Assembly (NCBI GenBank): GCA_965208835.1
Contig: OZ242358.1
Location: 3,040,001 to 3,104,000, forward strand
Origin: Candidatus Latescibacterota bacterium
Lineage (GTDB): Bacteria > Latescibacterota > UBA2968 > GCA-2709665
Reading direction: 5' to 3'
DNA: 64,000 nucleotides
This document shows, piece by piece, positions 9,439 through 18,363 of the stretch. Under the pieces are notes generated by a model. That model worked only from the letters and a program-made list of their open reading frames with translations, was not told where the DNA came from and searched no databases. Position 1 is the first letter of the stretch, and each line of letters opens with the position of its first letter. The position numbers and the translations under genes were made by a program.

Positions 9439-9458
9439 CGGGTCGTTTCCAAAAGAAT

Positions 9459-10088
9459 TCAGTCTGGTGACTTGCCTTCAGTTTCCTTCCTTCCGGACTT
9501 CGTAATCTGTCGCCAGACCGCGAGGGCCCGTGTTTCAAGTTCCGTTGTGGACGCCGCGTTTTCGATCACGTAGTCAGCGGCCTCAATCTTGTCGGATTCC
9601 GGCATCTGGCACGCCATCCTGTCCCTGACTTCCGCCTCGGAAAGCCCCTTTCGATCCATCGTGCGACGGATCCGCACCGCCTCAGGCGCCGTTACAACCA
9701 CCAGAACGTCGCACAGCCCACGATGGTCGCCCCACTCGAGGATCAGCGCGGCATCGATCACAACAGGGCGTTCGGGGCGTTGTGCGAGAGCGCTTCCGGC
9801 GCAGCCCTTCAACTGCTCCGCCAGTGGCGGCCATACAATGGCGTTCAGCCGGTCCCTCGCCCCGGTTGATGCGAACGCACGACGCCCCAGTTCCCGGCGG
9901 TTCAGAACTCCGTTTTCATCCAGGATTCCCTCGCCGAATGCCCTGGTCAGCGCCCGCATTACTGCCGGGTCCTCCACCGCCTGCCGCCCCACCTCGTCCG
10001 CCTCGATCACGTACGCGCCTTCCCGGGCGAAGACTTCGCAAACGCGGCTCTTGCCGGCGCCGATGCCCCCTGTCACGCCCACGATCAC
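9459..10088 (-). CDS. coaE: Dephospho-CoA kinase
   Basis: IVGVTGGIGAGKS, EADEVGR, LNRRELG..AF, LNAIVWP, R...QM, ADYVIEN. Confidence 0.95.
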   Translation of the reverse strand: MIVGVTGGIGAGKSRVCEVFAREGAYVIEADEVGRQAVEDPAVMRALTRAFGEGILDENGVLNRRELGRRAFASTGARDRLNAIVWPPLAEQLKGCAGSALAQRPERPVVIDAALILEWGDHRGLCDVLVVVTAPEAVRIRRTMDRKGLSEAEVRDRMACQMPESDKIEAADYVIENAASTTELETRALAVWRQITKSGRKETEGKSPD

Positions 10089-11026
10089 GACCGGTCTCCG
10101 GAGCGGCGCACACGGAGGCGGAGTCGCAGCGGCAAGGCGTCTTCAGGAGATTCCTCATCCCATTGTTCGATGATCCGGCGGTTACGAACCCGGACCGCGA
10201 CAAAAACGCCGAGCAGCAGCAGCGTCATATAGAACCACAATGCCCCAGCCGATGTCAGCAGGGCCGTTACGCTGAACCGGCCTTCGGCGTATTCGGTCCA
10301 CTCGCGTTCGAATCTGTCGGGCGTCAGCCCGGTGATCCGATACAGCGCGACGTCGAACGAGACCCCGGTACCGAGCGACTGGACGATCTGCGCGACGGTG
10401 CCGGGACCGCCCAGATGGATCAGGTACAGGACGGCCAGCAGGCTCTCGGTATATGCGAGGCGCGCCTTTGAAGACGAAAAACCGAGGACCCCCTCGATCT
10501 CATCCAGCGGAACCAGCCCGCCGGAGAAAATCGCGTACGAGACCTCGGTACTTTCGCGGAGCCGCCATTCCTGCGCGGCCCACATGGCCACGCCTTCGTC
10601 GAACCAGCGCGGCACACGCGACCGCGCCAGATGGTGAAGCAGAATATGGGAGATTTCGTGCCGTGCGGTTTTCAGGACCTGTCCGCGCTGCCCCGGCAAC
10701 AGGCGCAACACGGCGATCCGTTCGGCGGGGAAGGCGCAACCCGCGCCCCAGTGGGGGATGAGCCCGCGGGTAACGGTCTGAAACAGCGCCTGTGAACCGG
10801 CTACATAGACGATAATCGGGACTTCGTTCCCGCCGCCCAGTTTCCGGGCGACTTCCGATCTGCTGGAGATCAGTTCATCCAGCAGTACCCGCGCCGGCTC
10901 TCGATCGATATCCTGATACCGAAGCGTCAGTCCTTCCCGTTCGAGTCGCTCCCAGCCTCCGGCCGCAACCGGACGGCAGAGCAGGCAGACCACCCAGATC
11001 AACGGGCAGAACCGCCGGGCGTTCAT
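10085..11026 (-). CDS. Peptidase MA family (gluzincin-like) metallopeptidase, signal peptide and C-terminal TM helix
   Basis: HEISH zinc motif, VPRWFDEGVA, LAYTES, hydrophobic C-terminal anchor. Confidence 0.8.
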   Translation of the reverse strand: MNARRFCPLIWVVCLLCRPVAAGGWERLEREGLTLRYQDIDREPARVLLDELISSRSEVARKLGGGNEVPIIVYVAGSQALFQTVTRGLIPHWGAGCAFPAERIAVLRLLPGQRGQVLKTARHEISHILLHHLARSRVPRWFDEGVAMWAAQEWRLRESTEVSYAIFSGGLVPLDEIEGVLGFSSSKARLAYTESLLAVLYLIHLGGPGTVAQIVQSLGTGVSFDVALYRITGLTPDRFEREWTEYAEGRFSVTALLTSAGALWFYMTLLLLGVFVAVRVRNRRIIEQWDEESPEDALPLRLRLRVRRSGDRS

Positions 11027-11883
11027 CGCCGTTTCCTGTTACCCAAATATTTGAAGAAGTCCGTACGCAGGGGCAGCACGACCGTGGTCCCTTCGCCGAG
11101 CGTTTTTTCATAGGCTTCGAGGGTGCGCTGGAACTCGTAGAACCGCGGGTCTCTCTGGAATGCGCTCGCATAGATCGCCAACGCCTCGGCATCCCCCTGT
11201 CCGCGGATCAGCTGGGACTTCTGAAACGCATCGGACTTGATCCGCGTGACCTCCAGGTCGGTCTCCGCGCGGATCTTGAGGGCGGCTTCTTCGCCCTCGG
11301 CGCGATACTCCTTGGCCTGCCGGGCGCGCTCGGCCCTCATCCGGTCGAACACGTTCTTCTTGTTCTCCTCGGGCAGATCGGCGCGTTTGACGCGCACGTC
11401 CACCACCTCCACGCCCAGTTCCGCAGCGTCCTGTCGCGACCGCGTCGTAACCTTGTCCATAATCTCCCGCCGGTTTCCGGAGACGATCTCGTCCAGCGTC
11501 CGCCGGCCCAACTCCTCGCGCACCGCCGCGTAAATGATATCGTCCAGCCGGGACTGGGCGCCGCGAACCGTTTGCACGGACTTGAGGAATTTCAGCGGGT
11601 CGACAATGCGCCATCTGGCGAAATTGTCGACGGTCAGGTTTTTCTTGTCCAGCGTATAAATGGGCGCCGGGTCCGCGTCGCTGTAGAGCAGACGATCGTC
11701 GAAGGAGTGAAGCCGCTCCACAAACGGCACTTTCCAGTGCAGGCCGGGGCTCTGGATGGTGCGCCTGGGTTCTCCCAGCCTGGTCACCACCACCTGTTCA
11801 CGCTCGTCCACCGTGAACAGGACCGATTCGATGAGGAGACCCGCCAGCACGACCGCCACGATTGCCTTGATTAACAATTTCAT
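11023..11883 (-). CDS. hflC: FtsH protease modulator HflC
   Basis: SPFH domain with PGLHWKVPF, DKKNL.VD, VDVRVKRADLP, RMRAER, FYEF.RTLEAY; follows hflK. Confidence 0.95.
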   Translation of the reverse strand: MKLLIKAIVAVVLAGLLIESVLFTVDEREQVVVTRLGEPRRTIQSPGLHWKVPFVERLHSFDDRLLYSDADPAPIYTLDKKNLTVDNFARWRIVDPLKFLKSVQTVRGAQSRLDDIIYAAVREELGRRTLDEIVSGNRREIMDKVTTRSRQDAAELGVEVVDVRVKRADLPEENKKNVFDRMRAERARQAKEYRAEGEEAALKIRAETDLEVTRIKSDAFQKSQLIRGQGDAEALAIYASAFQRDPRFYEFQRTLEAYEKTLGEGTTVVLPLRTDFFKYLGNRKRR

Positions 11884-11885
11884 CC

Positions 11886-12887
11886 TCAGTTCCCCCCTGC
11901 AGTCTCGGGTTGAGTGCTTTTCGCGGCCCTGGGCTGCAACTGCAGCATGTTCAGAAAACCGCTCCCCTTGCCGTCGGACTCCACCACGTATTTCTGAATA
12001 CCCGGCAGGATCTTCTCCATGGTTTCCAGATAAAGCCGGACCTCGGTTACGTCTTTGGCCTTCCTGTACTCGGTCAACACCTCGAGGAACCGCTCCGCGT
12101 CACCCTGGGACCGTTTGACGCGTTCCACTGTATACGCCTCCGCCTCCCGTACCATCTTCTCCGCTTCGCCACGTGCCCTGGGAATCACTTCGTTCCGATA
12201 GGCTTCAGCTTCGTTGCGAAGCCGCTCCCGGTCTTCCCGGGCGCTGGCGACGTCCTTGAACGCGTGGTCCACCTCGCGCGGCACCGAGACCGTCTGCAGC
12301 TTCACGTTCTCAACGTGCAAACCGATATCGTAGAGATTGAATACCTCTTTGACCTGTTCCTCGATCTCTCCCTGGATCTTGAATTTCCCTTCTGTGAGCG
12401 CTTCATCGATCGGCGATCGGCCCAGTACCTGGCGCAGCGCCGCTTCCACCACGCTCCGGACGGCGTGTACCTGGTCGGCGGCATTGAAAAGATAGGCTTC
12501 AATGTCGCTGATCCGGTACTGAACGATCAGTTCCACGTTCACAATATTCTCGTCGCCGGTGAGCATGGACGCCTCCCGTGCAACGGGCTGATAGCGCGGC
12601 ACCGGCTCAATGGCGACGGTCCGAAACCCGATCTCCACCCGCTTAACCTCGCTGACCTGTTCGATTTCCACCGACTCGATCGGCCACGGGATATGGTAGT
12701 GGATGCCGGGCTCCTCCACACCCATGGACTTGCCGAACCGCAAGACCACCGCCTGCTCGGCCGGCTGCACGATATAGATCCCGCTGAGCAGCCATAACAG
12801 GACCAGAACGCCCAGACCGTAGTAGACAAGCCGCGGGCTCAGGGACAGGTCGAAGCTCGGCCGACCTGGAAAATCGTATTGTTGCAT
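11886..12887 (-). CDS. hflK: FtsH protease modulator HflK
   Basis: VVLRFGK, PGIHYHIPWPIE, MLTGDENIV, AF.DV.SARED, P.ARGEA, RLYLETME. Confidence 0.95.
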   Translation of the reverse strand: MQQYDFPGRPSFDLSLSPRLVYYGLGVLVLLWLLSGIYIVQPAEQAVVLRFGKSMGVEEPGIHYHIPWPIESVEIEQVSEVKRVEIGFRTVAIEPVPRYQPVAREASMLTGDENIVNVELIVQYRISDIEAYLFNAADQVHAVRSVVEAALRQVLGRSPIDEALTEGKFKIQGEIEEQVKEVFNLYDIGLHVENVKLQTVSVPREVDHAFKDVASAREDRERLRNEAEAYRNEVIPRARGEAEKMVREAEAYTVERVKRSQGDAERFLEVLTEYRKAKDVTEVRLYLETMEKILPGIQKYVVESDGKGSGFLNMLQLQPRAAKSTQPETAGGN

Positions 12888-12959
12888 AGGACAAACCCCT
12901 TGATGAAATGGCCGGCATCACGATACCGCCGGAACGTGAAAGCACGGCGGGCGAACCTG

Positions 12960-13886
12960 CTATTGCTCCAGATAATCGCCGATCCGGGCCATCTGTTCGA
13001 TGCCCCGCAGGCTGCATGTGATTCCCGCGACCCGGTTGGCAAACCGGCTGGCCTCGTCTATACTGCCGGTCTCGAGGTACGACCACGCAAAGCCCATCAG
13101 GAACGCGTCGCCGCATCCGGTCTCATCCACGGGAACATCCGCGGCCCTCGCCGGATAACGTTGAACTTCAATGCCTCCCCGAGGATTTCTGGCAACCGCA
13201 TCGGCGCCGTGTTCGCCGCGGGTAATCAACAGCGCGTCCGGACCCAGGGCCAGAACTTTCTCGCCGAATCTGGCAGTGGCCGCCGCGCCGTGCAGAGACG
13301 CGCCGGCAAGGAGACCGGCTTCGCGTTCGTTCATCTGCACTATATCGACGCAACCCAACCACGCCTCCCAGCAGGGCGGAAGGCGAAAAAACCTGCGGCG
13401 CCTCCTGTCGATTCCCAGCGTGAGGCTATGCACGTCCATCAGCACGAGACCACGGGCAGCGCGCCGGAATGACGACAATGTCTGCAGGTCAAGCTCCATT
13501 CCCGTGATGAAATTGAAGCAGACCGCGTCGCAGTCCAGAAACGGCCGAAGCCGCTCGATCGCCAGCGCGGGCACGCCACCCAGAAGCGTCTCCTGCTTCC
13601 GATTGCTGGAATCGTAGGTTAAGTAACAGTGGGGATTCCGTTCGGGCACGTACCGGACGCCGTCCAGGTTCACGGATCCCCACGAACCCAGAAGACGCCG
13701 AACCGCGTCTTCGACGTCTTTCCCCACGTTGCATACGGGAAAAATCGTGGCGGACCCGATCTGGGCCAGTGCCGCGATACTGTACAGGATGCCGCCATAG
13801 CTTTCTGTGCGGGTCCCGTCTGACGTACAAATCGTATCCCGGTTGATTGAACCGACCACCGCGATACGACGGGCGTTTCCGGACAT
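12960..13886 (-). CDS. PfkB family carbohydrate kinase
   Basis: VVGSIN.D, GG, MNERE, ITRGEHG, DETGCGDAF signature. Start taken at MSGNARR. Confidence 0.9.
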   Translation of the reverse strand: MSGNARRIAVVGSINRDTICTSDGTRTESYGGILYSIAALAQIGSATIFPVCNVGKDVEDAVRRLLGSWGSVNLDGVRYVPERNPHCYLTYDSSNRKQETLLGGVPALAIERLRPFLDCDAVCFNFITGMELDLQTLSSFRRAARGLVLMDVHSLTLGIDRRRRRFFRLPPCWEAWLGCVDIVQMNEREAGLLAGASLHGAAATARFGEKVLALGPDALLITRGEHGADAVARNPRGGIEVQRYPARAADVPVDETGCGDAFLMGFAWSYLETGSIDEASRFANRVAGITCSLRGIEQMARIGDYLEQ

Positions 13887-13996
13887 AGCCCACCTCACCG
13901 GGAACAGTCTTTGAATGTACCACAAAACCCCGGAGGTGTCAACCCCAATCCCCCTCAACTGAACCGCCCGGCGCCATCACAAAATCGATATTCGCG

Positions 13997-16078
13997 TCAC
14001 CCCGCGCGGGCGGTCTGCGCCTCCAGGTTCACGGATTCGACGCGTCGGCGCAACACGTCGTGGCGCTCGAGATTCGGGTCCCGATCCAGGAGTCCAGCTG
14101 CTTCCTCACGGGCCGACCGGACCAGGTCAACGTCGCGCGTAAGATCGGCGAATCGAAATTCGGGATACCCCGCCTGCCGGGTGCCGAAGATCTGTCCGGG
14201 CCCGCGGATCTTCAGGTCCATCTCCGCGACTTCGAACCCGTCGCCGGTGGCGGCCATGGCATTCAGCCTTGCGCGCGCGTCCGGCGACAGGTCACCCTCA
14301 GGGTCGGCGATCAATATACAATACGAACCGGCGCTGCCGCGGCCCACCCGGCCCCTGAGCTGATGAAGTTGCGCCAGGCCGAACCGCTCCGCGTGTTCCA
14401 CCATCATCACCGTCGCGCCGGGCACGTCCACGCCCACTTCGATTACCGTGGTGGAGACCAGAACATCCAGTGATCCCTCTCGAAACGCGGCCATCACCGC
14501 TTCCTTCTCCGCGGGAGGGAGGCGGCCGTGTAACAACCCCAGCCTCAGACCCGACAGCGCGCCGTCACGCAATTCCTCGAATGCCGTGGCGGCGGCCCTG
14601 ACATCCCTCGCCCCGGAGTCTTCGATTACCGGAAAGACGACATAGGCCTGCCCGCCCGCCGAAACCTGTTCATGCAGAAAGCGATAGGCTTTTTCCCGGT
14701 CCGCCGCGGCCCTCCACCCGGTCTTCACGGGTTGACGTCCGGGCGGCAGTTCGTCCAGCACCGTAACCTCCAGGTCTCCATAAAGCGTCAGGGCCAGTGA
14801 CCGTGGAATGGGCGTGGCCGTCATCACGAGCAGGTGGGCGCCGCCTTCCTTATCCAGAAGTGCGGCACGCTGCAAGACGCCGAATCGATGCTGCTCGTCC
14901 ACGACCGCGAGACCGAGCCTGTCGAAAACTACGCCCTCCCGCAGCAGCGCGTGTGTACCTACCACCAGGTGGACGCGACCCCAGGCCAGCCCTTGAAGGA
15001 TCTCGCGTCGCTCACGCTGAGGCTGCCGACCCGTCAGGCGCGCTACGGCCAGCCCCAGCGGCGCTGCAAGGGCATGGATGGTCTCGGCGTGCTGCTCCGC
15101 CAGAATCTCGGTCGGTGCCATCAGCGCCGCCTGCGCGCCGCCGTCCACCGCCGATAGCATGGCCGCCGTTGCCACCAACGTCTTGCCCGACCCCACGTCT
15201 CCCTGCAGCAGGCGGCGCATCGGCCGGGCGCGCATCAGGTCGTCGCCGATCTCGGCCATCGCGCGGCGTTGGGTCGTCGTGGGTTCGAAGGGCAACGTCT
15301 CCAGCATTTTTGATACAAGAGGGCCCGCTGCGGGCAATACGGATCCCGGTTTCTCGTCCCGGTCCGCCTGCAAAGACCGCAGCCGCAGCTGGAAGTAGAG
15401 CAATTCATCCAGTGCGAGCCTGCGCCTGGCCGCCTCAACGTCAGTTGCTTCGTCCGGAAAGTGAAGCTTTCTCACGGCTTCGGCCAGCGGGAGCGCCCCG
15501 AATCGGTTCCTCATCGGGTCCGGCAACGGGTCCGGCAGTTGCACATCTTCCAGCGCATGGTAGATGATGCGACGCAACGCGCGGCTGGTGAGCCGTTCCG
15601 CCTTCATCCCTGCCGTTGTCGAATACACGGGGATCACGCGTCCCGTATGGACTCGCGCGCCCTCTTCGCCATCCGATATCACCTCCACGTCGGGATGGAC
15701 CATCTGCCGTTTGCTCCCAAACCTGGTCAACTTGCCACCGACGGCCAGCAGGTCGCCGGACGAGAACGCCCGCCGGAGATATCGATGCCCCGAAAACCAG
15801 ACGCATTCCAGAGTGCCCGACTCGTCTTCCAGTACGAGAACATACCGGGGCCGCCTGCCCGGAACCACGTTCCCGGTGCGGACCGAGGCGATCGCAGTGA
15901 CCTCCGTGCCTGCCGGAAGCGCGGCGATGGGCGACTGGCGCGTACGATCCACGTACCGGTACGGCAGAAACAGAATGAGATCCGCAACGGTGGAAATGCC
16001 GACCTCACACAAGAGATCCTCCCGTTTCGCGCCGACGCCGCGCACCTTGCTCACTGGCACATCGAGTTCGGGAAACAT
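13997..16078 (-). CDS. recG: ATP-dependent DNA helicase RecG
   Basis: RLLQGDVGSGKT, MAPTEILAEQH, VDEQHRFGV.QR, MTATPIPRSL, ERFGLAQLHQLRGRVGRG, DLKIRGPG. Confidence 0.98.
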   Translation of the reverse strand: MFPELDVPVSKVRGVGAKREDLLCEVGISTVADLILFLPYRYVDRTRQSPIAALPAGTEVTAIASVRTGNVVPGRRPRYVLVLEDESGTLECVWFSGHRYLRRAFSSGDLLAVGGKLTRFGSKRQMVHPDVEVISDGEEGARVHTGRVIPVYSTTAGMKAERLTSRALRRIIYHALEDVQLPDPLPDPMRNRFGALPLAEAVRKLHFPDEATDVEAARRRLALDELLYFQLRLRSLQADRDEKPGSVLPAAGPLVSKMLETLPFEPTTTQRRAMAEIGDDLMRARPMRRLLQGDVGSGKTLVATAAMLSAVDGGAQAALMAPTEILAEQHAETIHALAAPLGLAVARLTGRQPQRERREILQGLAWGRVHLVVGTHALLREGVVFDRLGLAVVDEQHRFGVLQRAALLDKEGGAHLLVMTATPIPRSLALTLYGDLEVTVLDELPPGRQPVKTGWRAAADREKAYRFLHEQVSAGGQAYVVFPVIEDSGARDVRAAATAFEELRDGALSGLRLGLLHGRLPPAEKEAVMAAFREGSLDVLVSTTVIEVGVDVPGATVMMVEHAERFGLAQLHQLRGRVGRGSAGSYCILIADPEGDLSPDARARLNAMAATGDGFEVAEMDLKIRGPGQIFGTRQAGYPEFRFADLTRDVDLVRSAREEAAGLLDRDPNLERHDVLRRRVESVNLEAQTARAG

Positions 16079-16349
16079 CGACCAACCTTTCCATATTAGA
16101 GAGATAGTCGGGCGAACGGATATATCGTCGCGCAGGATACACAGGATACAACAGATCGTGCGAATATAGACATTCCCCGAAAACGGGTCAAGAACCAGCC
16201 TCCGGCTCAGACGGATGGAGCACGCACAAGGCGCATTTTCCTTGTTCCACGCCGATCCGCGCCCTATCTTGCATCATATTCGACAACGCATTGCCCTGAC
16301 TCGCGGATGACCGCTGCGGATTCGCCTCAAGCGTGCATGGAGGAAAACG

Positions 16350-17036
16350 ATGGAGCCCGGTTCCATTCATGAAGCCGCAAGTACCGGCGACCTCGACACA
16401 CTGAAGAAAATCGTCGAGGAACGCCCGGGGACGATCGATCAGGACGACAAATACGGATGGCGCCCCATCTTCCACGCCGGCCTGCGCCGCCGCCTCGACG
16501 TTGTTCAGTACCTGGTCGACCGCGGCGCCGATCTGGCGGCTCACGACGGTTACGCGATCCACTACGCCGCCGAGGTGCCCGATAACAAGGACGTCGTGTC
16601 GCTGCTGATCGCTTACGGCGGACTCGACGCGCATACGAAACCGTCAAATGAGGCCGCGCGGCAGTTTATCTGCGCGGTTTTTCTGGCCAACGTCCACCGG
16701 GTCGAGACCATGCTTCGCGCCAATTCGCGATTGGTACATGAACGGTACGCACGCGGCGACACGGCTCTTCATCACGCTTCCCGGAACGGCGACCTGGACA
16801 TCGTCAGGCAACTGGTCGTCCATGAAGCGGACGTCAACGCCACCGCGGATAACGGTCACTTTCCCCTGTACTGCGCCGCCGGACACGGACACGCGGAGAC
16901 GACGCGATACCTCCTGGAGAGCGGAGCAAAGCGGGATACCACAATGCCGGACGGCAAGACGGTCGCGGACTGGCTGAAACAATTCGCTGATCACGACCTG
17001 CGAATGAAGGCCTGTCTGGAAGTTCTGGAGCGGTAA
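16350..17036 (+). CDS. Ankyrin repeat protein
   Basis: GGAGG RBS. Repeats SIHEAASTGD, GDTALHHASRNGDLDIVRQLV, PLYCAAGHGHAETTRYLLESGA. Confidence 0.9.
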   Translation: MEPGSIHEAASTGDLDTLKKIVEERPGTIDQDDKYGWRPIFHAGLRRRLDVVQYLVDRGADLAAHDGYAIHYAAEVPDNKDVVSLLIAYGGLDAHTKPSNEAARQFICAVFLANVHRVETMLRANSRLVHERYARGDTALHHASRNGDLDIVRQLVVHEADVNATADNGHFPLYCAAGHGHAETTRYLLESGAKRDTTMPDGKTVADWLKQFADHDLRMKACLEVLER

Positions 17037-17187
17037 GACTCCGGGCTGACTGCATACCGAGAGATTCCCGGCATTTGATCCGCCCGGCAGAGCCCGGAAC
17101 GGGCGCGGTGACGGTGCGTAATGGCGATACGAATTGTTCCTTGGAGAATCGGTAATATTAAGCTTGATTAATGCCTAATAAATTCAC

Positions 17188-17218
17188 TTGACAAGGCTTG
17201 CGCCAATGCTTTTATTAA
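17188..17218 (+). promoter_or_regulatory. Sigma70-like promoter upstream of a long leader
   Basis: TTGACA at 17188-17193 and an AT-rich -10-like TTTATT 17 bp downstream, in an AT-rich intergenic region. Confidence 0.45.
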
Positions 17219-17674
17219 GGAAACGTGTAAATCCATTTGCACCGTACGTTCCAACGCACCCCCCACATATGGTATAAATGTTATTGCAGAAACACTATCC
17301 TTTGTAGTACAACGGCCTGCACTTCAGTGCAATTCGAGCAAGGCAGGCCAACCTGCCGATCGCCAGGCCTTTCCACGCGGATGGGTCGAATGTAACAGTC
17401 CCGTCCGCGATCACGCAACCCGCGAATCGGGCGTCCATGCGTTACTGTCAAGCGCGATGCGGTTTGCGAATCATCTTACGGAAGCATCCCACTCGTTTCG
17501 GATTGACCGGCTCCACCGGTTCACAAAAGCAAGCACGCTGAAATCTGAAGGTGGTTTCTGCAGGATGTTCGTGACGGGGAGGCATACCCGACGCCCACGC
17601 TTCTCCGTCGGTAACCGTTGCGGCCGAAATCGTCCACGAGCCGCGGCAAGTAACTAATTTTTAGGGAGGTAGAC

Positions 17675-18004
17675 ATGGCAGGTAGAGTTATCGTAGGTCT
17701 CATCGCCCTCGGCGCCATCATTGGGGGCCTGGCTGGCGACGCTTTCCTTGGTGAGGGCATTCTTGCGCTCGTGCTGGTCATCCTGGGTCTCGCCTATGCG
17801 GGCGTTGCGATCGACGCTGAGGACGCCACAGGCTACCTCGTGCTCGCAATCGCCGTCGGCGGCGCGGGAATGGCCAACGTGCTGGGCAACATTCCGGGAA
17901 TCGGCGAGCAACTGGATGCGATCGTCGATCTGGCCAGTGTCTCACTGTTTGCCGGTGTGGTCACCGTGCTCGTGCAGAGGACGCTGAATCGTCTCAAAGG
18001 ATAA
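17675..18004 (+). CDS. Small hydrophobic membrane protein (about four helices), function unknown
   Basis: Strong GGGAGGT RBS; 109 aa almost entirely hydrophobic and Gly-rich. Confidence 0.75.
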   Translation: MAGRVIVGLIALGAIIGGLAGDAFLGEGILALVLVILGLAYAGVAIDAEDATGYLVLAIAVGGAGMANVLGNIPGIGEQLDAIVDLASVSLFAGVVTVLVQRTLNRLKG

Positions 18005-18363
18005 GCACCGCCGCAGATGAGCAGCCTATAACGGCAGACACGACTCTCGGGATAGAAAAGCGATCGAAAGGGAATCCTCGTCACAGCGCGTCCGCCCTGT
18101 CGACGGCGGACGGAATTTGACGATCCCGCAAAGCCAATACAGAAAGGTCTCAGTCTGCCAGAAAGCCGAATTTAGCGAGTTTCAGAACAGGCCGCCGGAT
18201 TTCCCGACCCGATTTCCGGCGGCCTGTTCGTGTACGCGAGACCCCTGGGGCAATGCCCGGGGGTCTTCACCTGTACAGCTGGTCCGCGCCGGCGTCTCTC
18301 CTGTCCGCGAACAAGCCGCACCTATTATCTGGAGGCGGCCCGGCACACACGGAGATTTGTGCG

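Noticed and set aside
4856-9440. TA-rich patch as an integron cassette array or IS-bounded element
   Set aside because: Genes are in mixed orientation, and no attC-like RYYYAAC/GTTRRRY pairs, integrase or transposase were recognised.
16131-16156. Short caggatac/caggatac/cagat tandem, with a similar ggat-rich stretch at 46530-46555
   Set aside because: Only two to three degenerate units. Probably a simple dispersed intergenic repeat with no supportable function.
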